From the human T2T-CHM13v2.0 reference genome, Homo sapiens, in the NCBI RefSeq assembly GCF_009914755.1, contig NC_060925.1: a stretch of 64,000 nt of DNA, one strand, 5' to 3'. Positions within the stretch are counted from its first letter, which is position 1, and every line of letters begins with the position of its first letter. The notes below the pieces were generated by a model that saw nothing but the letters and a program-made list of their open reading frames with translations, was not told where the DNA came from and did no database searches. A program made the translations under genes and the position numbers. Below are positions 44,575 through 58,529 of the stretch, piece after piece.

Positions 44575-46100
44575 TCATTGGTCAATGCCTCTATACTTAT
44601 ATCTCTATCACTCTGTCTTGATTACTTTATAGTGAGTCTTAAAATCAGGTACTTCTTTGAGTCATAAAACTTTATTCTTTTTAAAAATGGTTTGAATATT
44701 CTGGAGTTTTTTACATCCATATAAATATTAGAATCAGCTTGTAAACTGTTACTTAAAAAATCTTAGTGGAAATTTTGAATAAAGCACAGTTGAACTGTTA
44801 GATCAATATGGGGAGAACTAACATCTGAACAATGTTGAGATTTCTAGTTCATAAACATGTCTCTTCATTTTTAGATCCTTTATAATTTTTCTCAGCAATG
44901 TTTTATGCTTTTCAGGGTAGAGTTCTTGCACTTATTTTGTTAAATATATCTTTGAATATTTTATATTTTTCAAGCTATTGTTAATAATATCACTTTTTCA
45001 ATTTTTTTCATTATTCATTGCTAGTATTTAGAAATAACATTGATTTTTCTACATTGATTTTGAATCTTGAAATCTTGGCAAGCTTATTTATTAATGCTAG
45101 TAATGTTTTTACAAATACTTAAGAGTTCTTTGTTCATAATCATGTCATTTGTGGATTAAGACAACTTCACTTCTTTTTTCCAATCTGTATTCCTTTATTG
45201 CTTTATTATTTCCACTGTGATGTTGGATAAAGATGGTGAGAGCAGATATTCTTGATCTTAGGGAAAAATTGATCAATATTACACCGTTAAGTATGATTCC
45301 AGCTTTCGTAGATATATTTATCAGATTAAGTTAGATTCCTTGTAAGTTTGCTGGGAAGCTTTTATTTTTTCAATATGTCATGAATTGGTGTTGACTTTTT
45401 CTGAATCTATTGAGATATTCACTATTGTTACCTTTCATTCTGTTAATGTGTTAAATTACATTGATCCTCAAACGTTAAACCAACCTTGCATTTCCAGTAT
45501 AAATTTCATTTTGTGGTTTACAATCTTCTTTATATCTTGTAGAATCAGTTTGCTACATTTTGTTAAGAATATCTGCAGCTGTGTTTAGGAAGGAGTGTGT
45601 TTTCTTTTGCAATCTCTTTTTCTGGCTTTGGTTTAGTAATAATGTTGGCTTCATACTTGAGCAGTAAAGTCTTCTGAACTGTTTGTGCTGGATTGGTATT
45701 ACTTCTATTTTATATAATTGATAAAATTTAACCAATTTAGACCTGGTGTGTTCTTTGTAAACATATTTTTGACTATGAATTCAATTTTTTAAGTAGATGT
45801 AGGGCTTTTCAGGTGTTCTATTTCTTCTTGTATCAGTTCTCATAATATGAGTCTTCCAGGGTGTTTTTTCATTTCAACTGAGTTGTTTAATTTATTGAAA
45901 AAAGATTGTTCTAATATTTTAGATTTTTTTTTCTCAAAGGGAAATGCTTAGGATTTATTAAGTGAAAAAAACAATGCACCTGATTGTCTTTTTAATGTTT
46001 GGAGAGTCTCTAGTGATTATACATGCTCATTCATTTTAATATTGGTGATTTGCCTTTTCTCATGTTTTTTTCATGGTTATTCTAGCAACACATTTAATAA

Positions 46101-46449
<349 letters not shown>

Positions 46450-49400
46450 TACTGATTGTTTTCTGTTATTTTATTCCTGCTTTATTTATTTCAACTATTA
46501 TTTTGTCCTTATACTGACTTTGAAATTAGTTCATTTTTTTTAGCTTCACAGCAGATCATTGATATTAGACATTTCTTTTCTAATATAAACATTTATATGT
46601 TTTTTGAAGCAGTGGTTTAAGTCTTTCCCATAAATTGTAATATATTATGATTGTATTATTATTAGGTCAAAAATATTTTCTAATTGCTTCCTGATTTCTT
46701 CTTTGACACATGGGTTTTTTGAGATTTCCTTTGTTCTTTTGAGATTTTTACTTTCCAAATATTAGGGGATTTTCCAGAATTTTTTAAAATTTATTTTTAA
46801 TTTAACTATGTTGTGGTCAGAGAATATACTTCTAATTATTCCAATTTATTTAAATTTATTAAGACTATTATTATTGTCTTGTATTATGCCCTATCTTAAT
46901 GTTTATCTGTACTTTAAAAGAATATATATGCATCCATTTTGTGTATAGTATGCTAGAAGATTCAATTATGTTAAGGTAGTCGATAATGGTGTTCAGATCT
47001 TTTATAGGATTGCAGATGTTCTTTTTACTTGGTCTATCCATTGCCAAGTGAGGGGTTTAGAAATTTTCAATTATAATTATGCAAGTGTCAAGTTTTCCAA
47101 CCACATTTAGAAGTATACAACTTTTCTCTTTAATTGACTCTTTTATCATTGTAAAATATTTCCTTTTGTCTTCAATAACATTTCTTGCTCTCACATCTAC
47201 TTTGCCTTCATTCACATAGCCCCTGTAGTTTCCCATGATTCTAGTTTGCGTGGTATACATTCTCCATTTTTTCCTTTTACCCTATCTGTACTTTTATATT
47301 TAAAGGGAATCTTTTCTATTTAAAGGGAGTTTTCTATAGGTGGGATTAGGTTTCGCTTTTCCATACAATCTATCAATTTCTGTCTTTCCCTTAGAATATT
47401 TAATTTAATGTTATTTATTGATTTAAGTCTGCCAGATTTACATTTGGTTTCTATTTATTCTACCCTTTCTATTCTTTTTTCTTCTTTTCTTGTCTTTTAT
47501 GGTTCTAAAAATGTATTTTAGTATTTCCTATTATCTTCTTTATTAACTGATAACCTCTTAAAATAGTGGTTGCTATAGGATTTACAATACACATCACTAT
47601 CTTATCACAATCTATGTTACATTTGAATAATATATCAGCTTCTGCATAAAATTTTAAAAATTACTAAAGAGTAACTCTCTGTCCTTATTTTTCCTTTGTG
47701 CTATTATTGTCATAGATTTTACTCATGTGTCTGTTATGAGCTCCACATGCATTATTAATTTTGCTTTAAATAGGCAATTATCTTTTAAGAAAGTTAAAAA
47801 TAAATAAATATATGTGTGTATATATACACACATAATTATTCATATAAATATACATGCACACAAGCACATATAATTACTCCTGTATTTACTATTTTGGGCA
47901 CTGCTCATTCCTTTGTGTCAATCTAAGTTGCCATTATCATTTTTTGAAGGATGTATTTACTGATTTTAGACTTCTAGTTTAAGCGGTTAACTTCTGGGGT
48001 TTTATTTTTTGTTGTTTTTTTTTTTTCCAGAACTTTAAAGATATTTATGCACTATCTTTTGGCTTCCATTATTTCTGATAGGAAGTCTTCTGTTCATTAT
48101 TTGTTTATTTTTCTGTACCTATTGTTTCTTTTTTCCCTTGGGTGCTTTTTAGCTTTTCCTTCATTATTGGTTTGCAGTAATTTTTTTTCTTTATATCCTT
48201 GAGTATATTTATAATAGCTGTTTTATGTTTATAATAGCTGTTTTTTTATCTTTTTGTCATTTATGGATCTTCTTTTGCAAATTGATTTTTCTCTTTACTA
48301 TTGGTCATATTTTCTATCTTTTTTGCATGTCTGGCAATTTTTATTAGATGTTTGACATCATAAATATTATATTTTTGAATGCTAGATTTTGTTGCCTTCC
48401 TTTAAATACTGTTGAGTTTTGTTTTGGCAAGTAATTAAAATATATGGGATAATCTTAATCCCATTAAACAAGTCTTTCAGCTTTGTTAAGGTGTGTTTAG
48501 AGTAGCTTTCACTCTGTATTTATTTTATCTTACTGTTAAAGTGTGACCCTTCTCAGTTCTTTCTAATCTGACTGATTGGAACTTGAATGCATCTTAGTCG
48601 TATCTCTGGGAATTGTTCAGCTTATAGCTATAAGTTAGTTGTTCTTCATGATTGCTCTTTGTTCACCCTTGTGAAATCTTACCCAATATGTGCACAACTT
48701 AGTATTCAGCAACCAACTCAAAAGAGCTCCAGTGCTGGTTTATAAAATTCTTTGTGCAGCTCTCTCCAAGAAATGTGAGACTCCTCATCCTCACTAAACT
48801 CTACTCTATCTTCAACTCAGCAAGAATACTGTGCTCCTCTTGTATTCCAATTTCTGCACTGTACTCCAATAATTACCTTTATGCAGAAAGCCAGTACAAC
48901 TGTAGGGCTCAACTAATTTGTTTCTCTTCCCTCAGGGATCATAGTTCTGTATCGCTTTTCATCTAATGCTTGAAAACAGCTGTTTCATATATTTTATCGT
49001 TTTCTAGAATTTTTGCTTTGTTTTGTTTTTGTTTCTTTGTTTTGTTTTGTTTTGTTTTTAATTCCAGGGAGGGAAGCCCAGTACTAGTAACTACATCATG
49101 GCTGACAACAGAGTCATCTGACTTAGTGTTTAGTCCTCCTCCTTTCTGATGGTATCTGTGGTCTGGCAGTACACCTAATGCTTCTTTTATGGAAATCTTT
49201 GTAATTGCCTCCCCCAATTGTGACAGAGAAGGAGATTACATGGAGTGAACAGATATGTCAAAAAGGAAAAGATATAAGACATACTTTGATGAAAGTGATT
49301 GGTAAATACTTAATTCCAAGATATAGGAAATCGATATCCATGACTTAGAGAAATACAGAAAATATCTGGGTATGGGGAATACAGGTTACCAGCTTTGTAT

Positions 49401-51149
49401 TAAATATGATAAAGTTAGGGAAAAACTGATCACTGATGCTATCAACTTCTGAGAATTTTATGGCACATCTTTTCTTATGAATTCAAAGACCTAGTATACT
49501 TGGACTCGTCTCATCTTTTCGGCTCAAATTCTGTTATCTAGTAAGCATGAAATAAATTTCCTATGAGATGCAAATGGCTCGTACAACTCAATATGCTATT
49601 CTACTAAAAATTTTAGAAAGTCCAAAACCTTACATTGAAAAAAATAATTACTAATTGTGAGAACTTAGGTCTCAGCCAAGGGTATGGAAAAGAAATATAG
49701 AAAGACTAGGTCCTTCCCAGCACTCCTTACATAGAGCACAATATGGGTTACTCTTACCTGCTTCCTAAATCAGGCTAGAGTGGGAAAGAAGCAACAAATA
49801 TTACAGCATTTTAAGAAAGATCTAAGAGGAAGGAAAGAACACCCACTATTTCACCTCTTTAATAACCCCACAGTCACTGCAAAGCATGGCTCAAGCCTTG
49901 CAATAACCTCCACCCCTCCTCCCCCACCCATTAGCTGGAGCCAGTGAATTATGGGGAATGGCAGGAGCCCTCCAGCCTCTAGGGGGAAAATGACTTTAAT
50001 CTCATCAGAGCCCTGAAGAAGGGACTATTAAAAGAGTTAATGGAACGAACATCTGAATAGATGAGTCAGGCCATGACAAACCAAAGTCATTTTTTGATTT
50101 AAGGAGAAAAAAAGAAAAAGAAAACTGGTGATATGGATCCTGTGGCTCCGATGGCCTCCAAGCCCCCGATCAAATCAATTCTAAATGCAGTAGAGTTCAG
50201 ATAATTTTAACGAAGAACTCCAGAGGTGATGTAGTGAATTTGGTCACAAAGGTGAAATAGGAAAAAGGTATAGTTCACTACAAGAAGGATTCCTCCCACG
50301 GTGTTACCTGAATTACAAGTGGGAGAAAATGAGGGATTAAGCTAGTTTAAAATGTTGACAACAGAATATAGGTTGTTGGAGTTTCAAAGGGGTCCAGTTA
50401 GGAAGTTCCCTTTGAAGGTGCACTTATATATAAGAATGAAGTTCAACTATGGTTTACCAAACAAAATAACCAGGCTTAGCAAGAAGCAACAGAGGATAAA
50501 AGTAAACTGTTAAAGTCCAGTCAGCAATGAAAATATGCCCACAAAATGAGTTTTCCCAGTCACTCCAGGAGAGACAGTGAAATTATCATGATTGTTTGAA
50601 TTTGCCAAACTCCTTCGGATATTTGTAGATTTAGTCTATAGTCAGCAGAGATAAAAGAGGGTACAAGTTTTTTTTGGCCATGCTTATTCTGAAAAGATCT
50701 ATCCTAGGATGCATAATTTAGTGAACAAAAATGTGGCCATATAACTAATTTTCTTTTAAAAAGTTCCCAAATGTAGATCATCAAGAATATTTTGGAAACA
50801 ATGATGTATCTAGCCATAGGTCCTTGGATGCCATCAAAAAAGTTAATTGGACTGAGATACTTTATCTCAGCTAACTCTATGGACCCTAGTTTTGAGAAAC
50901 TGCATCTTTGGAAGCCTTTGCATCCTTGTTGAAGGAGTTGCTATCCAAAGTTCCTTTGTGAGTGAATAATGTGTTCTCATTCCAAAGAAATGAAAAATGA
51001 CTGCGATCTGGACTTCTGAGACTCTTAAAAATTACTAGGCTAATATCAAAACACTACAAGTTAATGCCTAGAACTCAAAGTCAGCTCCACCTAGTGTGAA
51101 ACATCTGATTGCCTTAAATGAGGTCAGAAGGTGAGACTAAATATACTGA

Positions 51150-51450
51150 GTACCAGCATGGTGGTTCACACCTGTAATCCTGGCACTTTGGGAGGCTGAA
51201 GTGGGTGGATCGCTTGAACCCACGAATTTGAAACCAGCCTGGGCAATATGGCAAAACCCCATCTCTACTAAAAATACAAAAATTAGCCGGGTGTAGTGGC
51301 ATGTGCCTGTGGCCCAGCTGCTCTGAAGGCCGAGGTGGGAGGATTGCTTGAGCTCAGGAAGTTGCAGCTGCAGTGAGCCATGATCCTGCCACTGCACTCC
51401 ATATTGGGTGGCAGAGCAAGACCCTGTCAAATAAATAAATTAATTAAATA
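51150..51450 (+). mobile_element. Alu SINE, AluJ-like
   Basis: gggcaatatggcaaaacccc, gctgcagtgagccatgat, gaccctgtc; TSD tatactga. Confidence 0.92.
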
Positions 51451-51514
51451 AAGTATACTGACTACCTACTAGGTATCAAGCAGTCTACATACTTCATCTG
51501 TAAAAGACATGCAT

Positions 51515-51971
51515 GTTTTGGAATATTTGGTTTTCATTTCTCCTTTCCAATAATACCCATTTTTATTCATGTGAATACCTCTTCCTCACTGAATATAGTC
51601 TTATGGGGATACTGTAATCAGAGATGCCCCTTACTCCTAATAAGGAAGTGACCTCATGAATCAATCTAGGCTAATTGGATGTTCCCTCTCTGATACTTCA
51701 AACACGATCAGAGAATCAAAGAGGCTAACAGTGGTAGAGTTCTATTCCATTTGATCGAGCATGATCACACTAGAGTTTCGTTACAAAGCTATTGGAAATG
51801 TTTGTGCTTCTAGGCCTGCAGAACTGCTTTGCTTCAGTCCCATTTCCATGCCTGATTCTTGGGTATCTCCTGGATTGTATAGAGCCTTAATGTCTTTCCA
51901 GCAAATTAATTTTTGCTTAATTTAGCCCAAATTTTTTTTGCTCAAAATCACAAAGTCCACAATGATATACA
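51515..51971 (+). mobile_element. MaLR LTR, MLT1K/L-like, inserted in a MIR
   Basis: 3' end aaattaatttttgcttaatttagccc...aatgatataca. Confidence 0.5.
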
Positions 51972-53230
51972 ATCTCACTTAGCACTAACACAATTCTAAG
52001 ATGTTGCCATTATAACCATTTCTCAGAGGAGAAAGGTTTAGCAAAGAATGGTTAAATGACATGCATACACGCAGCTAGTAATGGATACAGCCAGGACTCA
52101 AGCAAGGTGAGTTCGACCCAGAGTTTCAAATTTTTAACCTACATTATCCCAATTCCTATCTTTAATTCTCAAACTACTTTCCCAAAGATCATTGATGTGC
52201 CACATGCTGTTCCAAGGATTTTCATTGCTGAAATTGAATAATGGCAGTCTTGCCAATTTAGAGAAAATAATAACTTAATGGATAGAATGTTTTCAATTTT
52301 AAATTTTTCTCCCATAAATTTTTCTAAAACCTTTGGTGCTTTCTACTGCTTGTCTGTGAGGCAGACAACAAAACAAATGAACAAGCAGCCAATGAATATT
52401 AATGGCAAAACTCAGAAACAACAGATCGTGCTTCTCTCAAGAGCTTGTTTTTTGCATGCACATGTGTTGTGATTTCACGTTGCATACCTATAATATAGTC
52501 ATTTTCTGCTAGTAAAATTGTTCCTAGTTCAAATGCTGGAATTAAATACATCCATATTTCATGTGTTATGCAAAGAATACTATGATTTTCAAGCTGTCTA
52601 CCATCTCGTAAAGTTTAAGAAAAATAGTCTCAAATAAGCTAGAGACAATAGCGGCAAAACATCTTGGATGGTATTGCTTATATCACCTTTAGGAAACTCA
52701 GACCTTTATCTAAATCCAAAGTCATCAGATTTTTAGGATAAGGACCTTGGCACTTGCTGGATTCTACAAGAATAATGTTATTTGCTAGCCTAACTGCAAG
52801 ACCCAGAATTCGTTTAAGGGGCTTGACATTTTATTTTAATTCTTGGCCTGGACACCAAGTAAAATGCCTCGGGCCTTGAGAAAGGCCAGTGTATGGTGTA
52901 TTTATTGGCTGTGACTACAAATCTGGTTAACTTGATGGGAATGTATAAAAAATGAATAAAGCAATGCCAGATTTTGCTTTTGGCCATAGATGCATCAGGT
53001 TAATGAGACACAGGAGAGTATCTTGGTCTTAAGTCAGAATAGTGGCCCAGGCACAGTCAGGGATTGAGGATTCCTATAATGGGAATGGAAATCAGACCCC
53101 TTGACCTTTTTTCCCAGCTTATCGTATAGTAAGATTGCTACCATTTCCCATTTCACCTTGTTTTTCCCCTTAAGATATTTCTCTTCCAAATTTTATACTG
53201 CTTCTGAAATTTCCTAAGAAGCCAGACCAA

Positions 53231-53277
<47 letters not shown>

Positions 53278-53289
53278 CATCATCTATCT
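53231..53289. repeat. (ATCT)11 tetranucleotide STR with a degenerate tail
   Basis: Counted directly. Confidence 0.95.
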
Positions 53290-56079
53290 TTCTATTTAAA
53301 CATATATATTTAAAACCTACTTTGGGTCAGAAGTGGTGGAAGGGACAAAGGTATGCCAGTGATCCTGCCTACACAGAGCTTATTTTCCAGCAAAATAAAA
53401 AAAATCCTGATCTGCCAGAAGAGGAACTGATGATCTACCACCCTCCCCATTCTCAATATAAAACTTTTACCATATTTGGTTGTGCTCATGTGCTTTCTTT
53501 AGAATACTAGATAGAATATTGTAAATATTGTGTTAGTCTGCTTACTCTCTGTACTAATTTTAATCAACTCTGCATTGGTATTGCCTTTCCAGGAAGTCTC
53601 AGACTGAAATCTCCTAGATTGTAACAGATTGGATCACATTGATTTAGATGAAGAAAAGGTTCAAATAAATATACAGGAAAGTGAGGCCCCAGGGAGGAGT
53701 CCAGGTACCATGCTCCCTCTGTAGTCATTCCTTTAAAGAGGCAAAACTGGTTTTCATCTTTCCTTTCATGAAGCTGTATTGATTTCCATATGGCTTGAAT
53801 GTTCCTCTATTTTCCAAACTGATACCACCCACAGAGTTTAAAATTTACTTCTTTGACATCTAGAGATGGCAAGGGAGCCTTTCCATCCCTCATTGCTGAT
53901 CTTTATTACCACATGTCACCAGGCAGTGCACTGGGCTCATTTTGTTTACTTCCATCAGCCATTTATATTGAGATGTAATCCTGGATCCTAAAAAGAGGAG
54001 CACTTTATGTCCCAAGTGAGCGATTCACACTAAACGCTATGTTGACATATTCTATGGGATGTAAAAATCTCAGTTCCAGTGATTTCAGCTCCATCAGCAT
54101 AATTTTCCTCCACATGGTACAGGTAAATCATGGTTAAATATTGAATCATTTATCAACCAGTGCTTCGTAAGCCAGATCTCATAAAATCTCAGGAATAGAT
54201 TGTGCTAACAAAGCAGCTAGCAACCAACTATGATTATCAAAATTTTCCTTCCACAATCTGTTCCTCATTTAGAGAGAAAGTGCTAAGGAAATTAAAAATT
54301 AGTAAGCTTTACCCCTTTATTGGTAACAATATACAAAGTACTATGATTTTCTTTAGAATAATAGTCTTATCTGGAGACTTTATAATAAAGGAGGAAATTT
54401 GGAATCTCTGGCTCTTCTGGAAGATGGATTATAGTTCTCTGTGAAAATGTATTTCAGAAAGTCTATACCCATCTTGAGTTCCCTCAGTGCTTAGGCTTAA
54501 ATCCACAGGGCTAGCACATTGCATAAAAAAAACTTTATGATTAGATGAAGGGGTTCAGTTACAACCAGGGAAGTCAACGTTTACGTATTCTAGGAAGGGA
54601 AAATAGTGCCTGGGTAAAGATGTTTCATCTGCAATCAAACCTTATTTACTTCTAAAATGGTATTACCAATTGCTTTGCTAGGAAATGAGATAAAATCAAG
54701 AAAGCATTTTCTAAAGGCCTTCAATTTGACTTGTGTGTTCCATGGTTCTATATATTTACAAACAGGGGCACACAGAGAGTAGTTAAAGAACAAAGGAGAT
54801 AATAGTTTCCCACCTTAGACTCCCCTGTCCATACTTGAGCACCACACACCTGATTATGAAAAGGAAGACCGTAAACTTCTATCTATAGAGAGCACAGAAA
54901 ATGATAAGCAGAGATGACCTCAGACGGAAATTGAAAAGAGCCTGGATATGTAAATGGTTTGATATGATTTTAAAAGATGAGATTAAGGAGCTTTAATTCC
55001 TCTCACTCTGAACATTCTTCTCTTAGAAATGAAAAATTAAATACTGTTTGTGCAAAGCAGTAATTTTTTCTATTTCAAAACATTGAGGTCATTGTTATTT
55101 CAATAAATGGTGACCCAAGAAACAAGGTGGAATAAACAATTCTCTCATTTAGAATGCAGAATGCACAAACTTACCCATCCTTGAATTTGGGGATTGTTTT
55201 AGGAATAAAACAACCTATCTCTATACCCCTGAAATAAAATGTTTGCTCTTAGGCTGTCCAAGGGCAGTATGGCAAACCCTAAGCTCTGTTCCAGGGTAAA
55301 ACAAGCTCTAAGCAGTCTAGGAGGTAAGTGTTCATTTGTCATAAAAGGAATTTGACTACAGGCAGGACAGGCCGACAGAAGTAATGTGGGAATACAAGTA
55401 GACCCAGAGGTCAGGCTTAAGCCAGAGGCAACACATGGGAGTGCAGCCATTAATCTGTTATCTTTGGCAAGTTAGGCAGAGATGGGAGTCTAGAAAGTAG
55501 GTTCCCCAAGGAGGTAATTAATTTGAGCCACAGAAAGAAAACATAAGTAGGGAGGAAACACCAGAGTATTTCTCTTAGCAAGAATGAGGGAAGCAAATCA
55601 CAATGTTCCCAGTAGGCTGGAAATCTGCACTGGGTAAAATAAGAAGATAGAGGGAAGGGCAAGAAACTGCCTCTGGGGAACCAAGCTCCCCAGATGATTT
55701 GGTGGTTTGGCACATGAACCTATTTTTTTGAGAACAAGGAGAACCCAATGACTAGGTTCTTGGCACATCAGAAGCCACCTGCTGCCAACCCTATGAGCAA
55801 CTGAGGAAAGGTGCCTCACGCCACCTTCCTAAAGCCAGAATTTGTGTCAGATTGTAGGGCAACCTAGAACCTACAGGGAAAAATTAGTAAAGGGAGACTT
55901 AGCAATCAGGGTTAAAGAGATAAAGTTTTTGGAAATCTAGAAGGGAAATACAGTACTTCCTCATTTATCCAGGTCAGGAACCAGGCAGACACAGTGGCAG
56001 GAGCCCTGGCATTAGCACCCTATGCCTTAGTGTGAATGTCACCTCTTTCTCTGGCCAGTATGCACTGTAGTCAGAAATG

Positions 56080-56290
56080 CAGGGTGCTAAACCCCAGTAT
56101 ATGAGTTGAAGCCCAGCTCCATTGTACTGAGTAAATTTCACAATCTCTTGTTTCTTCATCTATAGAATTGTCAAATATTGTAGTACTTTTCTAACAGCTG
56201 TTAGGAGGATTAGGTGATTGCATACATGTAAACACATCCACCTGTGTCAGAACCTACTAAGTACACAATAAACATTAACCATTAGTTTTA
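56080..56290 (+). mobile_element. MIR SINE
   Basis: tttcttcatctatagaat...ttaggaggattagg...acaataaacattaaccatta. Confidence 0.7.
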
Positions 56291-56422
56291 TGAGGCATTG
56301 AGAAAGGTACTTAGTTTCTTTGAATTTTCATTCTTCTTATCTGAAAACAGGCACAATAACATCCATGTCATAAAGTGGTTAAAATATTTAAATGAGGTAA
56401 GGTATAGGAAAGTACATGTTTG

Positions 56423-56752
<330 letters not shown>

Positions 56753-56951
56753 TTAAGAATGCCTTTGTATCCCAGTAGTAAAAAACACTATTAACAATAA
56801 CTTAAACTTATAAAGGGTTTATTTTTGTCACAAAGCAAGTACTCCAGAGTTTGGATGATGTTTATATTTAGTCAGAGGCTTCATGATGTGTGAGTGCACA
56901 GTCAGCAACTCTGAGATCACTTTGACTATCACAATCCTTGTATAAGACAGA

Positions 56952-57284
<333 letters not shown>

Positions 57285-57307
57285 CTATGCAAACATATAT
57301 TCACGAA

Positions 57308-57492
57308 TAGGATTACCAGATAAAAGACAGGGCATTCAGTTAAATTTGAATTTTAGATAAACAATGAAGGCATTTTTAGAATACATATTTTGTAAGCAAT
57401 ATTTGGGAAATACTTATACTAAATATTCATGGCTTATCTGAAATTCAAATTTAATAGGGTGTTCTGTTTTTTCTGCTAAATCTGGTAGCCAT
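57308..57492. mobile_element. MER53 palindromic MITE
   Basis: taccagataaaa...cagttaaatttgaattttagataa ... ttatctgaaattcaaatttaa...gctaaatctggtagcc. Confidence 0.85.
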
Positions 57493-57933
57493 GTACCAGG
57501 AGATCCTAGCAGATTGCTTCTTACACTGTAACCTTTGTCTGCAAAGGAGGTTGGAAAACTATTTGATTTTTTTTAGCCTTTTTAGTTGTCAAAGGACAAA
57601 GGGATAGGCAATAACAGCTAGACCAGTCAACTAATAACGGTGCCTTGCTTAGTAGATGCTCAATATTCATTTCCTCCACTGTCCCTCTTCTCAAGGTTTG
57701 ATTGTCCCTTTACACAGAGGCAAGTACATATAAGCCTTACTACCTTAAAGTGTTACATAATTAATGCCAACATATAAAATTAGCAATTTCATATTTTAAA
57801 AAAGGGAACTGAAGCTTAATTGGCAAATCCAGGGGTTAACTAAATAAAACTTACAGGTTACATCCATTTGGTTATATCGATGCTAACAGGCGTCCCTGGC
57901 CCATGGGGCAAATTTCTTTTCCATATTTAAAAG

Positions 57934-58078
57934 CAGAGTTGAGACTAAAGTGAGGCAAGTGAGATACCTAGGAAGCAAAAAGTAGGAAGATACTCCATTT
58001 CACTCACTCACTCTTACAGGATCTCCTTCAGTTATGCACCCTAAGCATCTCCCTTGTCTCACCATAGCCCCAGCCTTG
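57934..58078. mobile_element. hAT MITE, MER96-like
   Basis: gagactaaagtgaggcaagtgagatacctagg ... ccctaagcatctcccttgtctcaccatagccc form inverted ends. Confidence 0.7.
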
Positions 58079-58082
58079 CATG

Positions 58083-58529
58083 TGTTACTGAAACACTAGG
58101 GGTTCAGTCTAGGTCCTGCTGCTTGCAGCACAGGAAGCCAATCAGTGATGACAAGTTATCGCCAAGGAAGAAGGCTTTTCTCAGGTGCTGCAGACAAGGA
58201 GATGGGAGTTCAGTCTCAAATCCATCTCCCCGACTGACTAAAACTAGGGCTTTAATTAGCAGGGAAGAAATGTAACGACATGTAAGAAAACAGGAACCAG
58301 GGAGGGCAAGGAAGCAATCATGATGAATGAGGGGTCCCCATCTCATTATCAGGATATGGTGATCTGGTGAGTTTTAGTTCTTTGATTCTTTCTTTGAGAG
58401 GCCCAAAGGTCCTTTCCTGAGGAAGGAACTCAGATAAAACAAATATGAGTTTCAAGCTTTAAGACCAGACAGGTCAATTTCTATGTTTATCAAAAAGAAC
58501 CAGTCTGTGAGATTTTGGGGTTGGTTTCA
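58083..58529 (-). mobile_element. Complete ERV1 solo LTR (MER4 group, MER66-like)
   Basis: tgttactgaaac...ggtttca termini; perfect 4-bp TSD catg/catg. Confidence 0.8.
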
